64,000 nt of DNA, taken from positions 1-64,000 of the forward strand of contig JBMORE010000144.1 of the NCBI GenBank assembly GCA_049322255.1. Direction: 5' to 3'. The notes beneath the pieces were generated by a model that worked only from the letters and a program-made list of their open reading frames with translations, ran no database searches and was not told where the DNA came from. Below are positions 50,210 to 59,534 of this stretch, one piece after another; positions within the stretch are counted from its first letter, which is position 1, and each line of letters starts with the position of its first letter. The translations under genes and the position numbers were made by a program. Source of the DNA: Myxococcota bacterium. Its GTDB lineage: Bacteria > Myxococcota > Myxococcia > Myxococcales > Myxococcaceae.

Positions 50210-52825
50210 TTATGTGCCGGGCCTCGTCATGACAACCCTCCCGCTCGATTTGCGACGGCTCGCAAGCCGTACTGCGGCCAGCAGCACCACGCACGTTGCC
50301 GCCAACTCGCCCGGGGCCGCGGCGCACCCTTGTGCGGGAGCGGGGAGAACTTCATTTTCCTCGGGGCGCCTCGCCACCGTCGGTGTGCGCCAAGTCGCCT
50401 CGCTCACGTGCCCGGCCTCGTCGCGCACCCGTACCAGCACGCCGCCTCGCGCTTCGACGGCGGAGAGGGCGATGAGCCGCGCCGGCCCGAAGTCGCTCCA
50501 CGTTTGCTCGTCGGCCAATCGGTAGGCGAACTGCAGCGCGGCCTCCGAAGTCAGCCGGTCGGACGCCTCCACCACCAGCCGGTCGTTCAACCGGTCTTCA
50601 CGGAGCGAGAGTGCCGGCGCCTCCTGGTCGACGGTGAAGCCGACCTCGACCGGGGCAGACAGCCCGTGGGGCTCCTCGGCGACCCGGGCGCGCACCTCGA
50701 TGTGGTGGCGGCCCTGGAGGAGGAAGGCGGGGTGGGTGACCTCCAGCTCTCCTTGCGCATTGGGGCGGTAGAGCTCCGACCACAAACCGCGGTTTATCCG
50801 CACCGAGTACTCCGCGGTGCCCGGACGGCCTTCGGTGGATACTCGAAGGAAGGCGCTGGGCCACACCGACGGCGGCGAAGCGCCCAGCGGTGGAATCACC
50901 GAGCGCGCCAGCTGCGCCCGAACCGACAGCCCTGATACCGCGCAGGCTGCCGAGGTGCGTAAGAGGTGCGCGTACAACCCCAGGTGCTCGTAGCTCTGGG
51001 TGCCGGGGACGTTGCCCACCCCGCGCGCCTCCAAGAGCTTGAGCTTGAAGACGCCGAAGGGCGGGATGTCGAACCTCGTCAGCTGGGTGGACAGCTGCGG
51101 CTCGGCCAGGGCGATGAAGGTCGGCACCAGGCTCTCGAGCACCGTCAGGTCTTCGGCGAGAATCTCGCTGTTGATGGCGGTCACCCGGGTGACGGCGCCG
51201 CGCAAGTCTCCCAGCACGGGCGAGAGCGACGAGCAGCCCTGGATGACCAACGACATCGGCAGGGACACATCGGCGGTGAGGGTGAACAGGCGCACGAACC
51301 GGTCGTCGAGGAGCGCGTAGAAGTCGACCTCCAGATTCTTCGCGTCCACTCGCAAGAGTGGGTCGATGGGCTTGTTGGTGACCGGGTCGTAGGTGCCGCG
51401 GCCGACATGAACGGTGGGCGGCTCCTGCGGCCTCAAAACCACCTGCATGGGCACCTCCACCCCAGAGCCAACCAACTTGCCCAAGGAAGGTAGGACGGGG
51501 CGGAACAGCCCGGAGTCGAGCTGGGCGAAGGTGGCGGAGGAAACGGTCAAGCACATCGCGCCGGATTGGTGGGCGTGGTGGAAAAGGTGGTCCATGAACT
51601 GACGCGACACCGACACGCCGGCGGCGTAGAGGCCGGGGGCGTCGGCGTCGAACAGCGGCGGTGCGAGCGACTGTAGCGGAGGAGCGGGAAGCGGCTTGAC
51701 GCAGCTGGGGACGAACAGGGCGCGGGCGCCGCCGCGAAGCCCCAGATTGAGCCCGGTATCCGCCGAGGCGCTGCCGCCGAGCGCGAGTGAGAGGTCGAGG
51801 GCCGAGCCGGTCGGCACACCCGCGGCGGACATCAGTGTGCCCACCGGCAGCCTTCCGTCGGCGCCGAAAATCGCGGGCACGCATTTTTGGGTGGTGGTGT
51901 CCACACACAGGCCCCCACTACAAGTACTGCTCGCGCCGGGCAGCTGCGGACAGGGAGGCAGGCCGGTGCCGCAGGTCTGGCAGGTCTGCTCGTCGAGCGT
52001 CTCCTGGAGGGTCTTCTTGATTTGGTTGACCACGAAGCCCAAGACGAACGCCTTCACCGGCTCCCAGTCGACGGCGTCGCAGGGCGAGCCCAGCCCGGTG
52101 CACGCCGCCTCGGAGCTGATGACCAAGTCGGCCGGATCGAGGCAAGCGGGCTTGGGCAACGCCCCCGCGCTGCCGCACACCTGGGAGCCGCCCACGGTGG
52201 TGACGGTGAGGCGCATCAGCCGGTCCCAGCGGGTGTCGATGGCGAACTGGAGGGCGAGGCGAAGCTCGTTGTAGGTGACGTCGGCGCGGCGGGTGTCGAA
52301 GTCCACGCCGCACTTCATCGGATTCTGGAAGGCGCACAGCAGATGGTTGCGGCTCACGGTGTCCACCATGATTTTTCCGGTGGCGACGGTGGCGTTGACG
52401 GTGACCTCGACCTCGTCGGGGGACTTGGGGTCCAGCCGCAGGCTGCTGAAGGTGACTGGAATTTGTCGCGGCACGTCTTGGGCGTCGCAGCGGCCGTCGA
52501 GCTGCCCGCACGACTCGGCGGTGCAGCCCATGCTGCCTTCGTCGGCGATGGCCACGTTGCCGAGGAGGGAAAAGCTTTGCAGGGTGCAGGGCAGGGGGAC
52601 GACCAGCTGCTGCCCGGGAGCGACCTGGCCGAGAACGACCTGCCAGTTGGAATTGAGGACGCCGAAGCCCGCATCGGTGATGCGGACGTTCATCGCGTTG
52701 TCCATCTTCTCGCCGACGAAGCGCCCCCCGTCGGGGAAGGGCTCGAGCGAGCCGCAGCCTTCGCAGCTGGTGCCGCACCCCACGAGCCAAAAGAGGGCCA
52801 GGGTCGAAACGAGCGTGCGTCCCAT
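50210..52825 (-). CDS. Cys-rich myxobacterial lipoprotein with a MYXO-CTERM-like tail
   Basis: Lipobox WLVGC, many paired Cys, C-terminal QGCAAAPGELAATCVVLLAAVRLASRRK. Confidence 0.75.
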   Translation of the reverse strand: MGRTLVSTLALFWLVGCGTSCEGCGSLEPFPDGGRFVGEKMDNAMNVRITDAGFGVLNSNWQVVLGQVAPGQQLVVPLPCTLQSFSLLGNVAIADEGSMGCTAESCGQLDGRCDAQDVPRQIPVTFSSLRLDPKSPDEVEVTVNATVATGKIMVDTVSRNHLLCAFQNPMKCGVDFDTRRADVTYNELRLALQFAIDTRWDRLMRLTVTTVGGSQVCGSAGALPKPACLDPADLVISSEAACTGLGSPCDAVDWEPVKAFVLGFVVNQIKKTLQETLDEQTCQTCGTGLPPCPQLPGASSTCSGGLCVDTTTQKCVPAIFGADGRLPVGTLMSAAGVPTGSALDLSLALGGSASADTGLNLGLRGGARALFVPSCVKPLPAPPLQSLAPPLFDADAPGLYAAGVSVSRQFMDHLFHHAHQSGAMCLTVSSATFAQLDSGLFRPVLPSLGKLVGSGVEVPMQVVLRPQEPPTVHVGRGTYDPVTNKPIDPLLRVDAKNLEVDFYALLDDRFVRLFTLTADVSLPMSLVIQGCSSLSPVLGDLRGAVTRVTAINSEILAEDLTVLESLVPTFIALAEPQLSTQLTRFDIPPFGVFKLKLLEARGVGNVPGTQSYEHLGLYAHLLRTSAACAVSGLSVRAQLARSVIPPLGASPPSVWPSAFLRVSTEGRPGTAEYSVRINRGLWSELYRPNAQGELEVTHPAFLLQGRHHIEVRARVAEEPHGLSAPVEVGFTVDQEAPALSLREDRLNDRLVVEASDRLTSEAALQFAYRLADEQTWSDFGPARLIALSAVEARGGVLVRVRDEAGHVSEATWRTPTVARRPEENEVLPAPAQGCAAAPGELAATCVVLLAAVRLASRRKSSGRVVMTRPGT

Positions 52826-52846
52826 GGCTTGACCTTCTAGCAGGGT

Positions 52847-55639
52847 CTAATGCCGCTTGGCTTCCTGGAAGGTCACCTCGAGGGAGACCTCCTTGCCTTC
52901 GCGCAGCACCACCGCGGTGACCGTCTCCCGCGGCTTGTGCGCGTTGAGCGCGTACATCAAGTCTTGCACGCTGCCGATGGAGTGGGTGCCCAGGCGCACC
53001 AGGATGTCCCCGCGCTTCAGCCCCCCTAAGTCGGCGCCGCCGCCGGGCCGCACGCCCGCGAGCAGCACGCCTTTTTGTCCGCCGGGCGGACCTGAGTAGT
53101 CGGGGATAGTGCCCAGGGAGGCGTTGAAGCTCCGCAAATCTCCCTTGGGCTCGGGCGCGGCGACTTGCTGATAGGTGAGCTGGTCGGCGTGGGCTGCCTC
53201 GACCGTCAGCGCCGAGACAATCTCCGCTACCTTCGCCATCCCCGCGGCGTTCAGCTTCCAGGCCTCGTCGGAGGGCTTGTGGTAGTCGGCGTGGGCGCCG
53301 GTGAAGAAGTGCAGCACCGGCACCCCCGCGGCGTAGAAGGGCGTTTGGTCGCTGGGCCCGTAGCCATCGCCGCTGGCGGAGCACTCCACCCGCGCCGTCT
53401 GACAGGCCGCCTCGATGCGCGCGGCCCACTCCTTGGCCGAGTCGCTCCCCAGCACCGACAGCTTGTTTCCCCGCAGCCGTCCCACCATGTCCAGGTTGAG
53501 CATGGCGAAGAGCTCCTTCATCCCCTCGTCGCCGCGCGCGCGGGTGAAGTGGGTCGAGCCGAGCACGCCCGCTTCTTCGCCGGAGAAGGCGACCACGTAG
53601 ACATCGCGCCCAAGCTTCTCGCGCTGGGCCGAGAGGAGGCGGGCAATCTCCAAGAGTGTTGCCGTACCCGAGCCGTTGTCGTCGGCCCCCAGGTGCGGCT
53701 CGTGCTTGTCGGGAGCGAGCGAGTCGCGGCCTCCCAAGCCCAGGTGGTCGTAGTGCGCTCCCACCACCACCGCCCCCGCCCGCTTCTCTCCTTGCGCCTC
53801 GATGCGGCCGACGACGTTGAAGGCCTGGGTCTTTTCCGCCTCCAGCGCCACGGAAAGCGAAGCGCTCGCCCTTTTCTTCGCCAAAAGCGTCGGCCACAGC
53901 TTCTCCACCGCGGCCCGCTTCACCATCACCACCGGCAGCCCGCCGTCCCCCGGTCCTTCTGGCAGGGGCGTGGGCAGCCTGGCTTCGGGAGGCAGCTGCC
54001 AGTCCTTGGGTGCGTTGGGCGGTGGCTCGGGCCAGTCGACCACGAGGAGGGCCGCCGCGCCCCGCTCGCGCGCCACCCACGCCTTGTGGCGCAAGTCTCC
54101 AGAGCGGCGCTTCTTCTCGGTGTCGGCGAAGGCTTCGGTCTCGGGGACGAAGCGGCGCACCACCACCACCTTCCCTTTCACGTCGAGCTGGGCGTAGTCG
54201 TCGATGCCCAGCTTCTCGTCGCGAAGGCCGTAGCCCGCCAGCACCAGCGCTCCCTTCACCGTCGTCGATGCCGAGAAGCCCAGCGGAACAAACGCGTCGG
54301 GCGCGACCTCTTTTCCATCGAGACGCAGCTGGGTGGCCGCGCCCACCTTCACCGAGGTCACCACCGGGAAGAACTGCCGAAAGCCGTTGTCCCCCGCGGG
54401 AAGAAGGCCCAGCTCGGCGAAGCGGGCCTCCAGCCAGTCGCCGGCCGCTTCCAGGCCTTTGGTGCCGATGCCCCGGCCCTCCCGCTCGGCAGAAGCGAGC
54501 CACTGGACGTCCTTCATCAGGCGATCGGGCGGGCGCTCGTCGGCTCGAGGCGGCGTCTCCACCCAGCGGGCGACGAAGACGTTGGTGTCGTGCGCTCCCG
54601 GAGCGGTGGCTCGGTTGGAGGAAAAGGCGAGCCATTTCCCGTCGGGGCTGAACATGGGAAACCCGTCGAAGCCGGGGGCGTAGGTGATGCGCTGAAGCTG
54701 GGTGCCGTCGATGTTCACCGCCCAGAGGTCGAACTCCCGGCCTCGGGGGTCGCCGGCGTTGCTGGAGAAGAGAATGCGCCGGCCGTTGGGGTGGAAGAAG
54801 GGCGCGAAAGACGCGGCGTCGAGGTAGGTCACCTGTACCGGGTCGGAGCCGTCGGCGTTGGCGACGAAGATTTCCAGCTTGCTGGGGCGCACCAAGCCGC
54901 GCGCGAGGAGGGCCCGGTAGTCCTCGAGCTCCTTGCCCGCCTTTGGCCGCGAGGCGCGCCACACCAGCTTGGAGCAGTCAGCGGAAAAGAACGCGCCGCC
55001 GTCGTAGCCGGGGGTGTGGGTGAGGCGGCGCACGTTTTTGCCGTCCTTGTCCATGCGGTACAGCTCGAGGTCGCCGTCGCGCACCGAGGTGTAGACGATG
55101 CTGCCGTTCTTGGCGCACACGGTGGCCTCGGCGTCGTAGCCGGGCTCGGTGGTGAGTCGGACGAGGTTCGAGCCGTCGGCCCGCGCGCGGTAGATGTCGT
55201 AGCTGTCATAGAGCGCCCACACGTAGCCCATGCTCCTGTCGGGCTTGGGCGGGCAGGCGGCGCCCTCTAAATGCGTGGAGGAAAAGACCAGCTCCTCGTC
55301 GCCGGGGAGAAAATGGGCGCAGGTGGTGGCGCCCTGGCCGTTGGAGACCTGCACCGGCTGAGGCGGCTCCTCGCCCAGGGCCATGCGGTAGATGCGGTCG
55401 CACGCCGCTCCCGGTGCCCGCGCTTGGAAGGAGAGCTGGCGGCCGTCGAACGACCAATACGCTTCGGCGTTTTCGCCGCCGAAGGTGAGCTGGCGCAGCT
55501 CGGCCAGGTGCGTCTCCTCGGCCAGGGGGGTGACGGAAGCGGGGGGAGCGCTGGGGGACGTGGAGGGAAGAGCAGTCGCACAGCCGGACAGCGTCAGGGC
55601 GGCGGCGCCGAACAGAACGAGTCTCATGACGGGGAACAT
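52847..55639 (-). CDS. Lipoprotein with TolB-like (PD40) propeller, PA domain, M28 peptidase and PDZ domain
   Basis: GGENAEAYWSFDG, PGYDGGAFFS, FDGFPMFSPDG, GAHYDHLG, GADDNGSG, FSGEE, NLDMVG, SD, DYH, GLKRGDIL. Confidence 0.9.
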   Translation of the reverse strand: MFPVMRLVLFGAAALTLSGCATALPSTSPSAPPASVTPLAEETHLAELRQLTFGGENAEAYWSFDGRQLSFQARAPGAACDRIYRMALGEEPPQPVQVSNGQGATTCAHFLPGDEELVFSSTHLEGAACPPKPDRSMGYVWALYDSYDIYRARADGSNLVRLTTEPGYDAEATVCAKNGSIVYTSVRDGDLELYRMDKDGKNVRRLTHTPGYDGGAFFSADCSKLVWRASRPKAGKELEDYRALLARGLVRPSKLEIFVANADGSDPVQVTYLDAASFAPFFHPNGRRILFSSNAGDPRGREFDLWAVNIDGTQLQRITYAPGFDGFPMFSPDGKWLAFSSNRATAPGAHDTNVFVARWVETPPRADERPPDRLMKDVQWLASAEREGRGIGTKGLEAAGDWLEARFAELGLLPAGDNGFRQFFPVVTSVKVGAATQLRLDGKEVAPDAFVPLGFSASTTVKGALVLAGYGLRDEKLGIDDYAQLDVKGKVVVVRRFVPETEAFADTEKKRRSGDLRHKAWVARERGAAALLVVDWPEPPPNAPKDWQLPPEARLPTPLPEGPGDGGLPVVMVKRAAVEKLWPTLLAKKRASASLSVALEAEKTQAFNVVGRIEAQGEKRAGAVVVGAHYDHLGLGGRDSLAPDKHEPHLGADDNGSGTATLLEIARLLSAQREKLGRDVYVVAFSGEEAGVLGSTHFTRARGDEGMKELFAMLNLDMVGRLRGNKLSVLGSDSAKEWAARIEAACQTARVECSASGDGYGPSDQTPFYAAGVPVLHFFTGAHADYHKPSDEAWKLNAAGMAKVAEIVSALTVEAAHADQLTYQQVAAPEPKGDLRSFNASLGTIPDYSGPPGGQKGVLLAGVRPGGGADLGGLKRGDILVRLGTHSIGSVQDLMYALNAHKPRETVTAVVLREGKEVSLEVTFQEAKRH

Positions 55640-55688
55640 TTCATAAGTGCCCGGAAGGCCGCGTCACAATCGACGCGCACAAGCTGGC

Positions 55689-57086
55689 TCACCGGCTCTC
55701 CTTGAGCCGGGTCGAGCGGCGCCTGGCTGGCTTGGGCCTGAGCGCGGGCTTTTTCACCAGCGGGTGCTTCACCTCCACCACCGGTCCCGGGCCGGCGGCG
55801 ACGATGGAGGAGGGAAGGTAGCCCTCCAGCGAGAAGAAGAGCGTCGCTGATGCTTCTCCGTCGGCTCCCGGCGGCAGCCGCAGCTCGACCGGAGTGGGGC
55901 CCAGGTCCTCGCCGTTCATCGTCACCTGCGCACCCGGGGGAATGGTTTCGATCGAAAAGCGCACCGGCTCCGGCGGGGAGGGTGAGGGCTCCCGGTCCAG
56001 CGCGAGAGGCAGGGGAGGAGCCTCGATGGGGGCCGGCTTCGTCTCCCCCCAAAGCATCACTGCCGCCCCTCCCGCCAAGAGGGCGCCAGCGAAGACCAGC
56101 ACCGCCCACCTCCGGTGGACGCGTGGCGCCGGTGGCGTCACCTTTGCCTTGGGGTCGGAGACGGCCGGCGAGCGCGGGTTACTGAAGCCCCCGACCACGC
56201 CGGCGGCGGCGAGGCATGCGCGGACGGCCTCCATCAGCTCGTCCATGGTCTGGAAGCGCTTGGCCGGGTCCTTCTCCAGACAGCGCATCACCAGCATCTC
56301 CACCTCGGGAGGCAGCCCGGGCTTGAGCGTGCTGAGGGCCGGCGGCGGCTGGCGAACATGCTGGAGGATGACCTTGAGCGGCTCTTTGCCCAAAAAGGGT
56401 GGGCGGCCGGCGATCATTTCGAAGAGCACCACTCCCAGCGAGTAGACGTCGCTGCGTGGATCGGCTTGATGCTTGGCCTGCTCGGGCGCCATGTACAGGG
56501 GCGAGGCGAGCAGCACGCCCGGTTGGGTGAGCTCGGCGTCTTCGGGCGCAGGGAGCGCCTCGGGGAGAAACGACTTCAAAAGCCCGAAGTCGAGCACCTT
56601 GACCATGTCGTGGTCGGTCTCCTCGTTGAGGATCATCACGTTTGCCGGCTTGAGGTCGCGGTGGACGATGCCCAGCTTGTGTGCCTCGCGCAGGGAGCGG
56701 ACGATCTGCTGGCCGATGTGGAAGGCCCGGGGCCAGGGCAGCGCGCGTTCGGCCGCGAGCACCTTTTCCAGCGTGCGCCCCTCGAGGTACTCCATCGCGA
56801 TGTAGAAGATGCCGTCCCCCGTCCTGCCGTAGTCGTGAACGGTGATGGTGTTGGGGTGACGGAGCTTGGAGGTGAGCGAGGCCTCGAGGAAGAAGCGCTT
56901 CTGAAAGCCAGGGTCCTTCTTCGCGTTGTATCGAGGGTTCAAAACCTTGAGCGCCACCAAACGGCCGAGAGGCGCCTGCAGCGCTTTGTAAACCTTGCCC
57001 ATCCCTCCGGAGCCGATGGGCTCGAGGACCTTGAAGCGGCCGCTGAGCACCTTCCCCACGAGGGGGTCTTCGGAGGGTGTTTCCAA
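55689..57086 (-). CDS. Membrane Ser/Thr protein kinase with a C-terminal PEGA-like domain
   Basis: IGSGGMGKVY, VALK, HRDLKPAN, DFG, MAPEQ, TM helix, TIPPGAQVTMNG.DLG.TP. Confidence 0.92.
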   Translation of the reverse strand: METPSEDPLVGKVLSGRFKVLEPIGSGGMGKVYKALQAPLGRLVALKVLNPRYNAKKDPGFQKRFFLEASLTSKLRHPNTITVHDYGRTGDGIFYIAMEYLEGRTLEKVLAAERALPWPRAFHIGQQIVRSLREAHKLGIVHRDLKPANVMILNEETDHDMVKVLDFGLLKSFLPEALPAPEDAELTQPGVLLASPLYMAPEQAKHQADPRSDVYSLGVVLFEMIAGRPPFLGKEPLKVILQHVRQPPPALSTLKPGLPPEVEMLVMRCLEKDPAKRFQTMDELMEAVRACLAAAGVVGGFSNPRSPAVSDPKAKVTPPAPRVHRRWAVLVFAGALLAGGAAVMLWGETKPAPIEAPPLPLALDREPSPSPPEPVRFSIETIPPGAQVTMNGEDLGPTPVELRLPPGADGEASATLFFSLEGYLPSSIVAAGPGPVVEVKHPLVKKPALRPKPARRRSTRLKESR

Positions 57087-57134
57087 GGGGACGGGCCAGG
57101 TCTAGCACAAGGCTCGCCGCCCCTTGCGCGACGC

Positions 57135-57404
57135 TTACTTACCGGGGCAGCCAGAGCCGCCGGTGGTCTGATAGAGGAAGGCTCCCTGGCGCGCGAAGAT
57201 TGCCCGCTGCTTCTCATCAGGGGTGATGAGGGTCTTGAGCGTGGCGGTGGCCTTGGGCTTCTCCATCGGCACCGGGGCGTACTCGACCTGCTGCTGCAAG
57301 GTACCGACGGGGTTCCCGTTGACGTCGGTGCCGTCCATCTCGCCGCCGCAGCCCACGGCCAGCACGAACAACGATCCCGCCGCGAAGGCACGAACCAGCT
57401 TCAT
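57135..57404 (-). CDS. Small hypothetical lipoprotein (89 aa)
   Basis: SD AAGGAGG and lipobox LAVGC. Confidence 0.7.
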   Translation of the reverse strand: MKLVRAFAAGSLFVLAVGCGGEMDGTDVNGNPVGTLQQQVEYAPVPMEKPKATATLKTLITPDEKQRAIFARQGAFLYQTTGGSGCPGK

Positions 57405-57570
57405 ACGACCCCTCCTTCATTCGGATTCGAGTGAATGACGGTCGAACGACGCGCGACCGACGGGCGCCACATTAGAAGCCCGCCTCCCGAGCCGTCAATA
57501 GATCAAGCGGCTGCTTGTTGGCGACGGTGCTGGCCTGGTGTGCCCGGGAGCGCATATGTAGCCGCCCACG

Positions 57571-59517
57571 ATGACCAAACCGTCGAAGGTCGAGGCGCCC
57601 AGGCCGGGGAGCCAGGAGGCTTCCGAGCCGAGCGCCGTCGAAGAACCCCCGGAAGCGACTGGCCGCAAGCTCTTGCCTCTGGCGATCGGCGCCCTGGGGG
57701 TGGTGTACGGCGACATCGGCACCAGCCCGCTGTACGCGGTGAAGGAGTGCTTCACCGGCGCCCATGCGGTGGCTCCCACGCGGGACAACGTCTTAGGGGT
57801 GCTCTCGCTGATGTTCTGGCTTTTGGTGCTGGTGGTGACCGTGAAGTACCTGGTCTTCATCATGCGCGCCGACAACAAAGGAGAGGGGGGGCTCCTCTCG
57901 TTGATGGCGCTCATCCCCGGCAAGCTCGACCCCTGGTCTGCCCGGCTGAAGGGGGGGGCGGTGATGCTCGGCTTGTTCGGGACGGCCCTGCTCTACGGCG
58001 ACGGGGTCATCACGCCGGCCATCTCCGTGCTCTCGGCGGTGGAGGGGCTGGCCGTCGCTACCACCGCGCTGGAGCGAGTGGTCGTCCCTCTGACCTGCCT
58101 CATCCTCTTCGGGCTGTTCGTGGTGCAAAGACGCGGCACGGGAGGAATCGGCAAAATCTTCGGGCCGATGATGGTGGTGTGGTTCGTCACCTTGGCGGGG
58201 CTGGGAGCGCGCTACGTGCTCAAGAACCCCACGGTGCTGCACGCGCTCAACCCCTACTGGGCGATGGCCTTCTTTCAAGTGCACAAGGCGCATGCCTTCG
58301 TGCTCTTGGGTTCGGTGCTGCTGGTGGTCACCGGCTCCGAGGCGCTCTATGCGGACATGGGTCACTTCGGTAAATCGGCCATTCGCTTCTCGTGGGGGCT
58401 GGTGTTCCCCGCGCTGGTGACGAACTACTTCGGCCAGGGCGCGCTCTTGCTCGAACAGGGAGTGGTCGAGAACCCGTTTTATGCGCTCGTCCCGCGGTTC
58501 ATGCTCTACCCGATGGTGGTGCTGGCAACGGTGGCGACGGTCATTGCGTCGCAAGCGATGATCTCCGGAGCCTTCTCCATCACCCGCCAGGCGGTGCAGC
58601 TCGGTTACTGCCCGCGGGTCACCATCGTGCACACCTCGAGCACCCTCGAAGGGCAGGTCTACATTCCCGAGGTGAACCAGGCCTTGATGGTGGCGTGCAT
58701 CGGGTTGGTCTTGGCGTTCCGCTCCTCCAGCGGGCTGGCGGCGGCCTACGGCATCGCGGTCACCGGCGCGTTCACCATCACCTCGTTCGTGTTCTACGTG
58801 GTCGCGACGCGGACCTGGAAGTGGCCGCTCTTCAAGGCGTTGCCTTTGGTCGTGGGCTTCCTCGCGGTCGACTTGGGGCTTTTTGGCTCGACCTTGCTCA
58901 AGTTCGAGGAAGGCGGCTGGTTTCCCATGGCGTTGGCGGCGGCGGTCTTCACCTCCATGGTCACCTGGAAGGACGGGCGGGCCGAGCTGGCCAAGCGCTT
59001 CGCCAAGAACACCATGCCCTTGTCCAACTTCCTGGAGGACGTGGCGGCGACCCAGCCGCACCGCGTTCGAGGGACGGCGGTCTTCATGTCCTCGGCCCCG
59101 ATGGGTACCCCGCCGGTGCTGCTCCACCACCTCAAGCACAACCAAGTGCTGCACCAGCAGGTGGTGGTGCTCTCCATTCTCTCGGCGGACGAGCCGGTGG
59201 TGTCGCCGGAGTCACAGCTCTCGGTGGAGCAATTGGGCAACGGCTTCTACCGGGTGATTGCCTACTTCGGCTTCATGCAGACTCCCAACGTGCCCGAAAT
59301 TCTCTCTGCCTGCCGCGTCCAGGGGCTCAAGGCCGAGCCCAACACCACCAGCTACTTCTTGGGTCGTGAAACCCTGCTCACCACCGGGCACTCGAAGATG
59401 ATGAGGTGGCGCAAGGCGCTGTTCGCCTTCATCTCGCGAAACGCCCGCAGCGCCACCTCGTACTTCGGCATTCCGCCGGGCCGGGTGGTCGAATTGGGCA
59501 TGCAGGTCGACCTCTGA
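57571..59517 (+). CDS. kup: Potassium uptake transporter Kup
   Basis: LGVVYGDIGTSPLY, ADNKGEGG, GDGVITPAISVLSAVEG, EALYADMGHFG, GQVYIPEVN, AYGIAV, SYFLGRE. Confidence 0.97.
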   Translation: MTKPSKVEAPRPGSQEASEPSAVEEPPEATGRKLLPLAIGALGVVYGDIGTSPLYAVKECFTGAHAVAPTRDNVLGVLSLMFWLLVLVVTVKYLVFIMRADNKGEGGLLSLMALIPGKLDPWSARLKGGAVMLGLFGTALLYGDGVITPAISVLSAVEGLAVATTALERVVVPLTCLILFGLFVVQRRGTGGIGKIFGPMMVVWFVTLAGLGARYVLKNPTVLHALNPYWAMAFFQVHKAHAFVLLGSVLLVVTGSEALYADMGHFGKSAIRFSWGLVFPALVTNYFGQGALLLEQGVVENPFYALVPRFMLYPMVVLATVATVIASQAMISGAFSITRQAVQLGYCPRVTIVHTSSTLEGQVYIPEVNQALMVACIGLVLAFRSSSGLAAAYGIAVTGAFTITSFVFYVVATRTWKWPLFKALPLVVGFLAVDLGLFGSTLLKFEEGGWFPMALAAAVFTSMVTWKDGRAELAKRFAKNTMPLSNFLEDVAATQPHRVRGTAVFMSSAPMGTPPVLLHHLKHNQVLHQQVVVLSILSADEPVVSPESQLSVEQLGNGFYRVIAYFGFMQTPNVPEILSACRVQGLKAEPNTTSYFLGRETLLTTGHSKMMRWRKALFAFISRNARSATSYFGIPPGRVVELGMQVDL

Positions 59518-59534
59518 AACGGGGTAGGCAGAGC

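Noticed and set aside
51918..54962. 1014-aa minus-strand ORF and other long Arg/Gly/Pro-rich alternative-frame or antisense ORFs (e.g. 6879..9536, 24422..26254, 53165..55270)
   Set aside because: They overlap well-supported genes and show shadow-frame composition with no family motifs.
55975..55988. GGGGAGGGTGAGGG as a seventh copy of the 33-bp repeat
   Set aside because: It lacks the CCCTCTCCC/GGGAGAGGG hairpin and is explained by Pro/Ser codons in the kinase linker.
57405..57570. c-di-AMP (ydaO) riboswitch upstream of kup
   Set aside because: I could not see the conserved ydaO segments, and the region also has to hold divergent promoters. An Rfam scan would settle it.
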